A stretch of DNA of 64,000 nt from Candidatus Cloacimonas sp. (GTDB lineage Bacteria; Cloacimonadota; Cloacimonadia; Cloacimonadales; Cloacimonadaceae): NCBI GenBank assembly GCA_039680785.1, contig JBDKSF010000068.1, positions 31,922-95,921 on the forward strand. The letters run 5' to 3'. Positions within the stretch are counted from its first letter, which is position 1. Every line of letters starts with the position of its first letter. Below the pieces are notes generated by a model. It did no database searches. It had not been told where the DNA came from and saw nothing but the letters and a program-made list of their open reading frames with translations. Of this stretch, positions 39,305 to 47,761 are shown one piece after another. Position numbers and translations under genes: made by a program.

Positions 39305-42232
39305 TTATTTAATAGGAAATATTTCAGTTAAACCCGTCAATTGAAAACTGGAAAGCACCGCTCCGGCAATTACAAAAGCAAAAATGAGGAATTTATAATA
39401 GTCCTGTGCCTTCAAAGTTCCCAGCTGCATCGGTTCACGATTTAAATAGGAAGAAGCGGCATAAAGCTCTTCTCCGATTAAAGTATAATCACAAGTAGTA
39501 ATAAAAAAGGGGATTTGAGTAACGGCATCGGTTCCAGCTATCTGATATGAACCCAAATAGTTACCGGTTTCCGTCATCAACAATGCCTCGGCTGCAAAAT
39601 AACCCATAAAGAAATTAGTTGCCGACCGCTCCCGAATCATTATTCCATTCACACCTGCCACATAGGCAAATTGAACATCGGTTAAAAAAAATACATTGTT
39701 TTTATCAAAACTATCCGGACGGCCTACAGAGTAATGTGCATCTCTAACAATTTCTTGAACGATGGGCATCACTATGTAATTATAGACGGGAACAATTAGT
39801 TTTATGTCATATTCTGCCGCTTTACGAGCCACCAAACTTAAAATTCCCATCGAGGCAATAGTGGCCACATCACTCAAAGAACCATTTCCCATCATATACA
39901 TCATTGGGCGTCCCATTTCTGTAGCTCTGCCGACAGCCGTGTCAATTTCTTCCAAACCGGCTATGGGACGAATGTATAAATTCTTGCCCCGTCTGGCTAA
40001 ATTGATAAAGACCACTACCATTATCCCGAAGATGATCATTGCTACCAAAGTAGTGTATTTATTAGTATCAAACACATTGGAGACGGGTTTCATATATTTT
40101 ATTTCGTCCCCGTCTTTCAACATATCGCTTTCGGTAAAAAGTCCTTTCCCATCAGTGCGCACAACTTGATAACTTGTCCAGCGATTATAGTCCTCTCTAA
40201 TTTTGGCTATATAGCGCATGCGGCTTTTTCTGCCGGCTATCTTGTTGGCGGAGAGCAGATTTTCATTTTTGCCATAGGCATTCAGCTGTTTTTGAATCTG
40301 TTCAATGTTTTGATTTATTGGTTCAGCCATTGCGGGATCAGTTAACATTGCTTTTTGGGTTTGCAGCTCGGAAAGTTGTTTGGTAAGTTCTTTTACTTTT
40401 TCTTCCGCTTCTTTTTTGCCTAAATCGGGGAAAATATTAGTTTCAATCCGGGTTTCATTCTTTTTATCATAAACCAGATCAAGCTTGGGCGAAAGCAAAG
40501 CGAGAGGAGTGGTTTTATCTCCATTTTTTAATTTGCGTGCCTGGCGTTCTCCGTTGATGACAGTAATGAAAGAATCGCCTTTGGCATAGCAAAATCCCTC
40601 TACCGGTTTCTGAATCATACTGGCATAAGGAATGGTTACATCCAAAGAATTATCATAAGATGTATTGCGTTTCACCAAAGTTAACTGCGGAGAAGACACA
40701 CTTTTCCTATACACCACATTGTCTATCTTGGAAACATTTTTGCCATTTCGGTAAAGTGCCTTGGTGGGCATAATCGCCAGCATTTGAGGATCATATTCCA
40801 AATCCTGTTCCAGATAGTAATCCTCCGGAATTTCCGGTTTGCCTTTCATAGCAATTTTCACACGGAATCCCTTTTTATAATTATAACCATCGGGCACTTG
40901 CAAAATTACGCTATTATCTTGATAAAATTCGTTCAGACGGACAAAAGGAGTGGTTTCCCCTTTCTTGTAAAATTCAAAATAGATGTTATCCACTTTTTGG
41001 GTTTCGGTTTGATTTAACTGATAGTTTACTCTAAATTTGGTAAAATTGCTATTTAGCGCAGTCGTTTTCACCACAAAACAGATGGGACTATCCCAAACCA
41101 CCGTTAAACGATCACCTTTGTCATTGGGTTTGTCTTCCATCGTAAATATGGGTTTGGCGGGAAGATTGTAACTGTTTTTCAACCGTGGCTTCGTTAGAGC
41201 GGAAAAACTGCTATAACCATCAGCATCTATTAATTCCAAGGCGTAACGAGAATTTTTGTATATACTAAGGGAATCTTCCCGAGGAATGGAGTATTTACAG
41301 TAATTCTTCAAAGAACCATAGCCAACTAATCCCTGATTCAATACCGCTGTCTTTTCCCGTAAAAGCCCAGGATTATTGCGCATAATATTCCACATCGAAT
41401 CTGCCAACGCCGGAATTTGATGAACGCGATATTGAACTATGTCCGACCGAAAAATAGGCAATTCCCATTCAAATCTCAGCTCTCTACTATCTTCCAAAAC
41501 TACACTGTAAAATTCAGATGCGGGTTCAGGCGGATTTGGATAAGGGATTCCAAAAGATATATTAGCTGGTTTTTGATATTGACGCCTTTCATTCACCGCC
41601 ACTACAGTATAATAATATTTTTCACCCGGATTTAAAAAACAGAGCACCGTTTGCTGATTATTCTTCAAACCAGCATAGGTCTCACCTTCTTTAGGAAAAG
41701 AACTTTCCGCTTTTGATTGCGGCAATTTGTCGAGAGTCACTTTTTGGCTTCTGTAATAGTAATTGTTCTTTTCACTAACGGAAAGCAGAGAATATTTTCC
41801 GGACATATCAGCTAAAAACGCAATGTCCCGCGGCATTTTTTCGTAAAGAGGACTGTTCTTGCCTTGCTGCTTCTCCTTTTTTAAATGGCGAGGAGAGGAT
41901 ATATCAAAAAATTCGCTGCCAGAATTGTCGTAATAATACATTCGCTCAGAAGCGACTCCGGTCTTCACATTCACGGGAATGGCTTCTAAAAAGAATAATT
42001 GATCAGGACTTACTCCCCGGTAAACTCGATATTCAATTATGCGTTTGTTTCGTTCCAGCGGTTTCCAGGAAAGCATTAATCCACTACCATCATCTGCAGG
42101 AATATCTTCAACCCGGAAGTCATCTACAACATATTTTTCCGTCTCTGGCTGTTTCTGCGCTATAATTACCGTTCCTACTATGATAAAAATAAACAGCAGA
42201 AGAAGGATTAGGCGACTTCTATTCAAATTCAT
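39305..42232 (-). CDS. large membrane protein, extracytoplasmic Fn3-like region plus C-terminal DUF6754-type domain (paralogue 1)
   Basis: 'DIPADDGSGLMLSWKP...YRVYRG'; 'YIRPIAGLEEIDTAVGRATEMGRP...QIAGTDAVTQIPFFITTCDYTLIGEELYAASSY'. Confidence 0.7.
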   Translation of the reverse strand: MNLNRSRLILLLLFIFIIVGTVIIAQKQPETEKYVVDDFRVEDIPADDGSGLMLSWKPLERNKRIIEYRVYRGVSPDQLFFLEAIPVNVKTGVASERMYYYDNSGSEFFDISSPRHLKKEKQQGKNSPLYEKMPRDIAFLADMSGKYSLLSVSEKNNYYYRSQKVTLDKLPQSKAESSFPKEGETYAGLKNNQQTVLCFLNPGEKYYYTVVAVNERRQYQKPANISFGIPYPNPPEPASEFYSVVLEDSRELRFEWELPIFRSDIVQYRVHQIPALADSMWNIMRNNPGLLREKTAVLNQGLVGYGSLKNYCKYSIPREDSLSIYKNSRYALELIDADGYSSFSALTKPRLKNSYNLPAKPIFTMEDKPNDKGDRLTVVWDSPICFVVKTTALNSNFTKFRVNYQLNQTETQKVDNIYFEFYKKGETTPFVRLNEFYQDNSVILQVPDGYNYKKGFRVKIAMKGKPEIPEDYYLEQDLEYDPQMLAIMPTKALYRNGKNVSKIDNVVYRKSVSSPQLTLVKRNTSYDNSLDVTIPYASMIQKPVEGFCYAKGDSFITVINGERQARKLKNGDKTTPLALLSPKLDLVYDKKNETRIETNIFPDLGKKEAEEKVKELTKQLSELQTQKAMLTDPAMAEPINQNIEQIQKQLNAYGKNENLLSANKIAGRKSRMRYIAKIREDYNRWTSYQVVRTDGKGLFTESDMLKDGDEIKYMKPVSNVFDTNKYTTLVAMIIFGIMVVVFINLARRGKNLYIRPIAGLEEIDTAVGRATEMGRPMMYMMGNGSLSDVATIASMGILSLVARKAAEYDIKLIVPVYNYIVMPIVQEIVRDAHYSVGRPDSFDKNNVFFLTDVQFAYVAGVNGIMIRERSATNFFMGYFAAEALLMTETGNYLGSYQIAGTDAVTQIPFFITTCDYTLIGEELYAASSYLNREPMQLGTLKAQDYYKFLIFAFVIAGAVLSSFQLTGLTEIFPIK

Positions 42233-42354
42233 AAGCTTGGTCTCCTATTTGTTATAATGAACAGTTAATTTTCCATTTCATTCCAACCACAAAAATAGCC
42301 CGATTATGTCAATCTCTTTTTTTCCTTACGGATCATTCCTGTGCAGATGAAGCG

Positions 42355-42400
42355 CATCCCGAATGCATCCCGTATCGCCATTCGGGATGAGTTCGGGATG
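42355..42400. repeat. nested palindrome upstream of the DUF6754 operon
   Basis: CATCCCGAA-TG-CATCCCG-tatcgccatt-CGGGATG-AG-TTCGGGATG. Confidence 0.6.
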
Positions 42401-43023
42401 CTTTGCGGCAGCAATCAAGCAGCGAGTAAGAATGGCTAAAGATAATAGTATTTTGTCTGCTGAGAATGGTGATATCGCTTTGGTGCATAATGAGTTGCAG
42501 ACAAAAATAAATATTGCACAGAGCTGAAAATAATTACTGGCTTATAAATATTTGCTATTCTTATGTATAAACCCTTTTTTAGCGACCTTACTATTGGCAT
42601 CTAACTATTTGCCATTTATATGGATATGTCACATTTTAGCAACTACATTTCTTGCAATAGACCAATAGCTACATTTAGACATCAAACAAAAACATTTTCT
42701 GCTCTACATTTTTTTTGATAGTGCACTAAATTGTGATATGATTGGTATAATATTATATTGTCAATAATCTGCTTTATATCTTAAGAGTATTGAATATATT
42801 TTGATTGAACTGACTGATCTAATTCTGAACAAGCAAACTGTATTTTTGGAAGAGCAACTTTTTCAATTTTTTCTGGATGGAATTAATCTATGCAATGAGT
42901 TGAAGTTCAATAGAAAACTACAGTCCATAATTGAACAAAATATGTTCACTGATAAATGCCTATATCCACGATAATTATTTTTATCCAATAATTTTACAGA
43001 ATATATAATAACTCATTAGGAAA

Positions 43024-43530
43024 GAAATAGTTCCGTTAGGAACGCGGGTTTTAAACCAGGCGAATGAAATGACAGTATAATATGTTATCTTATAACTGGA
43101 GAAATAGTTCCGTTAGGAACGACAGGTATTAACGACGGGTTTTTAACCCGGCGAATGAAATGACAGTATAATATGCTAATTTACAACTGGATAGATAGTT
43201 CCGTTAGGAGCGACAGGTATTAACGACGGGTTTTAACCCGGCGAATGTAATGACAGGATAATATGTTATCTTACTACTGGAGAAATAGTTCCGTTAGGAA
43301 CGACAGGTATTAACGACTGGTTTTGAACCCGGCGTAGGAAAAATAAATAAAAAAGTCCCAGCGGGACGACAGATGATAACTACGGGTTTTAACTCGGTGC
43401 ATTAAATGACAGTATAATATGCTATCTTATAACTGGAGAAACAGTTCCGTTAGGAACGACAGGTATTAACGACGGGTTTTAACCCGGCGTAGGAAAAATA
43501 AATAAAAAAGTCCCAGCGGGACGACAGATG
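43024..43530 (-). repeat. REP-like family B tandem array (about 90-bp period; 5 GTTCCGTTAGG units plus 2 GTCCCAGCGGGAC units)
   Basis: AGTTCCGTTAGGA(A/G)CG recurs near 43029, 43106, 43197, 43287 and 43443. Confidence 0.88.
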
Positions 43531-43645
43531 ATGATTGCAGCGTTAATATTGGATAATTACTATCTATTAAAATAGTCCTTTAAATCCTTGTTTCTAAAAC
43601 TCAATCTGTGAAATCAGTGCAATCTGTGAGAGATTATAATCCAAA

Positions 43646-43752
43646 GGAAGAACGAAGTCCTCTTCGTTCCCCATACAGCCAAATTCTGAAGTTTCCGCTT
43701 ATTATATGAAAGCTTGATAGTTTGCTTGTTGTGGTTGACGAAGAAGTCAACC
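43646..43752 (+). mobile_element. inverted-REP element, 1 internal unit (107 bp)
   Basis: GGAAGAACGAAGTCCTCTTCGTTCCCC ... GGTTGACGAAGAAGTCAACC. Confidence 0.55.
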
Positions 43753-43769
43753 CTACTGTATTTTTGCAA

Positions 43770-44014
43770 CGGGTTAAAAACCCGTCGCTGAAATCTGTCG
43801 TCCCGCTGGGACTTTTCTGACATCCTGACATTTATGCGCCGGGTTAAAACCCGTCGTTAATATCTGTCGTCCCGCGGGGACTAAATAATATGGTTTTTGT
43901 TTCAGAGGGTTAAAACCCGTCGTTAATATCTGTCGTCCCGCTGGGACTAAATAATATGGTTTTTGTTTCAGAGAGTTAAAACCCGTCGTTAGTATGTATC
44001 GTTCCTAACGGAAC
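43770..44014 (+). repeat. REP-like family B array, 4 copies, inverted relative to 43024-43530
   Basis: (G/A)GTTAAAA(A)CCCGTCG...TCGTCCCGC(T/G)GGGACT at about 43770, 43839 and 43907, and a fourth at about 43973 ending GTTCCTAACGGAAC. Confidence 0.88.
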
Positions 44015-44049
44015 TTTTAGCTAACATCTTTATATTCGAGATGTTTACA

Positions 44050-44250
44050 CCCTATTGCTATGATTGTGTCGCCCTCAGGGGCTTTTTCAAGATTGCAAAA
44101 ATATTAAATGATAACGATTTTGTCTTTCATTTTTCGAGGGGCTTACGCCTCCATCGCTATAATTGTGTCTCCCACAAGGGGCTTTATTTTAAAGATGCGA
44201 GAGAAATAGAAAACAATATGTTTTACACTTTTCGAGGGGCTTACGCCACA
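44050..44250. repeat. REP-like family D (GCCCTCAGGGGC / TTTTCGAGGGGCTTACGCC)
   Basis: TTTTCGAGGGGCTTACGCC twice (about 44131 and 44229); ATTGTGTC(G/T)CCC..A.GGGGCTTT twice. Confidence 0.6.
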
Positions 44251-44269
44251 TCGCTATAAATGTTATGCT

Positions 44270-44773
44270 CTATTTACTATGAACATACACAGGAATATCT
44301 TTCACCCAAAGTTTATAGATGGCCTCGGGACCCAAGTCCTGCCAAAGATATGTTTCACAGGAAACAATATGCTGAGATAGGTAGGCGGAAATCCCTCCTG
44401 GCATAATAAAATAGACAGCTCCATATTCAGTTATGGCTTTCTGAACTTCAGGAGAGCGATCTCCTTTGCCGATCATAACTTTTAAACCATTTTGGAGTAA
44501 AAACGGGGTATAAATATCCATTCTTGCACTGGTTGTGGGACCTATGGCTCCACAGATATTTCCGGGTCGGATTGGACTGGGACCGCAATAAAATAAAGCA
44601 ACATCAGCCAAACTGAAGGGAAGTTTTTCTCCCTTTTGCAAAATATTAACGATTCTTTTATGCGTTGCATCTCTGGCAGTATAGAGGCAGCCGGTTAACA
44701 GAACTTTGTCAGTCCTGTTTAATTTGGCAATATCAGCTGTGCTAAGAGGCAATGTAAGATCATAAGTTTTCAT
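44270..44773 (-). CDS. class I fumarate hydratase / tartrate dehydratase, beta subunit
   Basis: 'LYTARDATHKR', 'GPTTSARMD', 'MIGKG', 'LGPEAI'. Confidence 0.9.
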   Translation of the reverse strand: MKTYDLTLPLSTADIAKLNRTDKVLLTGCLYTARDATHKRIVNILQKGEKLPFSLADVALFYCGPSPIRPGNICGAIGPTTSARMDIYTPFLLQNGLKVMIGKGDRSPEVQKAITEYGAVYFIMPGGISAYLSQHIVSCETYLWQDLGPEAIYKLWVKDIPVYVHSK

Positions 44774-44776
44774 AAG

Positions 44777-45628
44777 TTAGATAATTATTTCCTTGTGCCG
44801 ATGAGAATGACATTGCACATTTACCGCTACAGGCAAAGAAGCAATATGACAAGGTGCAGTTAAAATATGAACAGTTAGAGCGGTATTATTTCCTCCCAAA
44901 CCCTGAACTCCGATTCCGGTATTGTTTACGCCAGCCAAAATATCCTGTTCCAAGGTGGCATATTCCGCTAATGGATTTTTACTGGTTAGGGGTTGAAATA
45001 ATGCCTTTTTAGCTAAAAGAGCACAGTTCTCAAAATTACCTCCTATGCCAATTCCGATAATTAAAGGAGGGCATGCTTTGCCACCTGCCAGTTGAACTGT
45101 CTCTATGGCAAAATTTATAATTTCTTTAGGTTCAGCAGAAGGAGTGAACATTTTTAGCCGACTCATATTTTCGGCTCCGCCACCCTTTTGAGCAATTTGC
45201 AATTTCAGTTTATCACCATCCACAATGTCAATATGGATTATAGCCGGGGAGTTGGTTTCAGAATTTTCTCTCTGCAAAAGGGGGTCTTTCAAGATGGAAG
45301 AGCGCAAAAATAATTCTGAAGAGACCTTAGTGAGGGTATTATTGATAATTTGCGGTAAAGGCGGACCTTCAATAATACATTTGTTTCCAATTTCAGCAAA
45401 AACAACTAAAGTTCCCGTATCTTGGCAAAGAGGAATTTCTATTTTAGGAGCCAGTTCTATATTTTTCAGCATACAGTTTAGAATATCTCTGGCAATTTCA
45501 TTCGTTTCGCCAAGAAGGGCTTTTTTTAGCAAAGTCGCTAATTCCTGATCAGGGTTAAAAGTAATGTCAGTAATGGCTTGGGAGAGTTCGGACTCAATTG
45601 TTTCACATAAAACATAGCGGTAATTCAT
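44777..45628 (-). CDS. class I fumarate hydratase / tartrate dehydratase, alpha subunit
   Basis: 'PLCQDTG', 'KGGGAEN', 'ACPP', 'GVQGLGG', 'CHIASLPVAVNVQCHSHRH'. Confidence 0.92.
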   Translation of the reverse strand: MNYRYVLCETIESELSQAITDITFNPDQELATLLKKALLGETNEIARDILNCMLKNIELAPKIEIPLCQDTGTLVVFAEIGNKCIIEGPPLPQIINNTLTKVSSELFLRSSILKDPLLQRENSETNSPAIIHIDIVDGDKLKLQIAQKGGGAENMSRLKMFTPSAEPKEIINFAIETVQLAGGKACPPLIIGIGIGGNFENCALLAKKALFQPLTSKNPLAEYATLEQDILAGVNNTGIGVQGLGGNNTALTVHILTAPCHIASLPVAVNVQCHSHRHKEIII

Positions 45629-45631
45629 ACT

Positions 45632-46510
45632 CTAACCCTTTTGCCTTTTGATAAGATACTTCAATAGTAAATCCTCAATAGGAGTGTGCGTATCTACGGC
45701 ATTATATTCAATTTGATGTTTGTAGCATTCTTTTTTGAGAAAGTTGGTAAAGTTATGATAATTTTCCTGATATTCCTTATGAATTTGCCAAGGGGAAACG
45801 GTTATTTTTTCTCCGGTCTCGCTATCGATGAATTGGGCTTCCCTTTTGTAATCAAACTTTTCTTCTTTGGGGTCAATTATGTGAAAAACTAATACTTCGT
45901 GGTTCCTGGCACGGAAATGTTTTAGCGCTTCCATTATCTTTTCGGGTTCATCTAAGAGATCACTGATAACGATAATCAACGAGCGTTTTTTGATTATTTC
46001 CGCAATTTGATGCAGAGGAGTTAATAAATCGGTTTGATCTTCCGCTTGCAAATCCAAAAGAGCGGTAAACAATTGAGAAGTATAGGTTCTAATTGCTTTG
46101 GGAGGATAGGCGGCAGTAATTTTGTTATTAAAGGTATAAAGTCCGGCGGCATCCTTTTGAGCAATCATCAGCCAAATTAAAGCACCGGCGAGTTTTGTGG
46201 CATATTCCATTTTGCTGTTTTTGCCGGAACTGAAAAACATTGATTTGCTATGATCTAAAAGGACATAGCAGCGCAGATTGGTTTCTTCTTCATAGCGTTT
46301 GACATAATAACGCTCAGTTTTAGCCAAAAGTTTCCAATCGAGGTCTTTTAACGGTTCGCCCGGATTATATTGTCTGTGATCGGAAAATTCAGCGCTGAAA
46401 CCATGAAAAGGTGATTTATGCAAACCCACAAGGAAACCTTCCACGATGCTTTTGGCAGTTAGCTGAAATTTGTTTAGGCGGACTAATGTCTCTTCGGATA
46501 AAAGGGGCAT
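45632..46510 (-). CDS. DUF58 domain protein (MoxR-associated vWA-like)
   Basis: 'GLHKSPFHGFSAEFSDHRQYNPGE...DWK', 'EEETN', 'LLDHSKSM', 'IVISDLL'. Confidence 0.9.
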   Translation of the reverse strand: MPLLSEETLVRLNKFQLTAKSIVEGFLVGLHKSPFHGFSAEFSDHRQYNPGEPLKDLDWKLLAKTERYYVKRYEEETNLRCYVLLDHSKSMFFSSGKNSKMEYATKLAGALIWLMIAQKDAAGLYTFNNKITAAYPPKAIRTYTSQLFTALLDLQAEDQTDLLTPLHQIAEIIKKRSLIIVISDLLDEPEKIMEALKHFRARNHEVLVFHIIDPKEEKFDYKREAQFIDSETGEKITVSPWQIHKEYQENYHNFTNFLKKECYKHQIEYNAVDTHTPIEDLLLKYLIKRQKG

Positions 46511-46511
46511 A

Positions 46512-46712
46512 TTATTTCTTTTTGGGCTGATAGAGCAATGCTATGGGAATTACTATGGCATACGCAATAATTAATAGAATCGGAGAAAGAGAGATTTCAT
46601 TAAAGGACATAATGAAATAGCCGGCAATAAGGATTAAAGCGGCTACCAGCAAAAGGATAAAGTTAATCCTGTTTAAGTGCAGTTTGTTCTTTTTGTTGTC
46701 TTCGGTTTTCAT
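46512..46712 (-). CDS. small 2-TM membrane protein (DUF3098-like)
   Basis: 'NFILLLVAALILIAGYFIM...LSPILLIIAY..IPIALL'; AGGAG RBS; tight operon spacing. Confidence 0.65.
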   Translation of the reverse strand: MKTEDNKKNKLHLNRINFILLLVAALILIAGYFIMSFNEISLSPILLIIAYAIVIPIALLYQPKKK

Positions 46713-46750
46713 ATTTGCTCCTTATATCTTTGCCCCATAGGCAATTTATT

Positions 46751-47572
46751 TTATGTTTCAACACCTATGGAACCGCATTGTTTGTCAATAAAACTTTCTC
46801 TTTGTAGATAAGATAATAATATTTGGCTATAAACCAAATCGGATAATTCTTGTCTTCTTCTGTTTTCCTGATAGGGAACTGCTTCCAAGATATCAATTTC
46901 CGCTGCTATTTGATGACCGATCAGCTTGAAATAGTGTTTTAGAAAAGGCATATCTCCATACCAGAAAATGGTGTCCTGAGTGTCATTATCAATTTTTTTG
47001 CCATCAAGGGCAATGTATTTGATACAAAGTGGCAAAACAAGACATTTTGCTTTTAGGGCAATTTGAAAGAGGGATTTATGAAAGGGATGAACTGTCCTGC
47101 CATCGGTACTCGTTCCTTCGGGAAAAAGCAAGACCTTAAAACCCTGCTGAAGAGTGGCAGCGAAATTATCAATTTCAGCTGGCAGAGACACATATTTATT
47201 GCGATTGGTATATAAACAACCGCCATTACGCGTTATTTTCCCTAAAAAAGGAATTCCTCGCATTTCCGTAGAAGTAATGAACACAAATTGTTCCATAGAA
47301 GCGAGCAGGATTATATCAAGATAGGTAGTATGATTGGAAACGGCTAAATAAGCACTGTTTTGTATTTCTCGCAGGCGTTCAGGATGATTGATTTGAAGCT
47401 CTATCTTAAAAGAGCGGATAAAACTTTGGCTGATTCTGGCGTTATTGTGTAAATAACGCAGACGGCGTTTTATCTTATCCCGGGTAAAAATGCGGATAAA
47501 AGTGGCTTTTACGAAATAAATGGTAGCGAGCCATAAATGCCAAAGGAAGCAATGTAATTTCCTGAAAAACAT
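46751..47572 (-). CDS. 1-acyl-sn-glycerol-3-phosphate / lysophospholipid acyltransferase
   Basis: 'SNHTTYLDI' (HX4D) and 'FPEGTSTDG'. Confidence 0.88.
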   Translation of the reverse strand: MFFRKLHCFLWHLWLATIYFVKATFIRIFTRDKIKRRLRYLHNNARISQSFIRSFKIELQINHPERLREIQNSAYLAVSNHTTYLDIILLASMEQFVFITSTEMRGIPFLGKITRNGGCLYTNRNKYVSLPAEIDNFAATLQQGFKVLLFPEGTSTDGRTVHPFHKSLFQIALKAKCLVLPLCIKYIALDGKKIDNDTQDTIFWYGDMPFLKHYFKLIGHQIAAEIDILEAVPYQENRRRQELSDLVYSQILLSYLQRESFIDKQCGSIGVET

Positions 47573-47761
47573 AATTTATCCTATCCTGAAATTACCGTGT
47601 CACAAATAAAAGTATCTCATTCATTTCCGCAATTACTTTTAGTAACGGAAGTTTAAGGACTGCAGGACATTCAAGGTCTTAGATAAGTGATCCATTTATC
47701 TTTCCCTAAAATTTGATTTCTTCGCTAAAACTTCATCTTACAAACAGTCAAATCGTTCATA

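Noticed and set aside
43024-43530. roughly 90-bp periodic array as CRISPR or integron attC array
   Set aside because: The intervals are themselves homologous, there are no cassette ORFs or integrase, and the units recur as dispersed REP-like elements.
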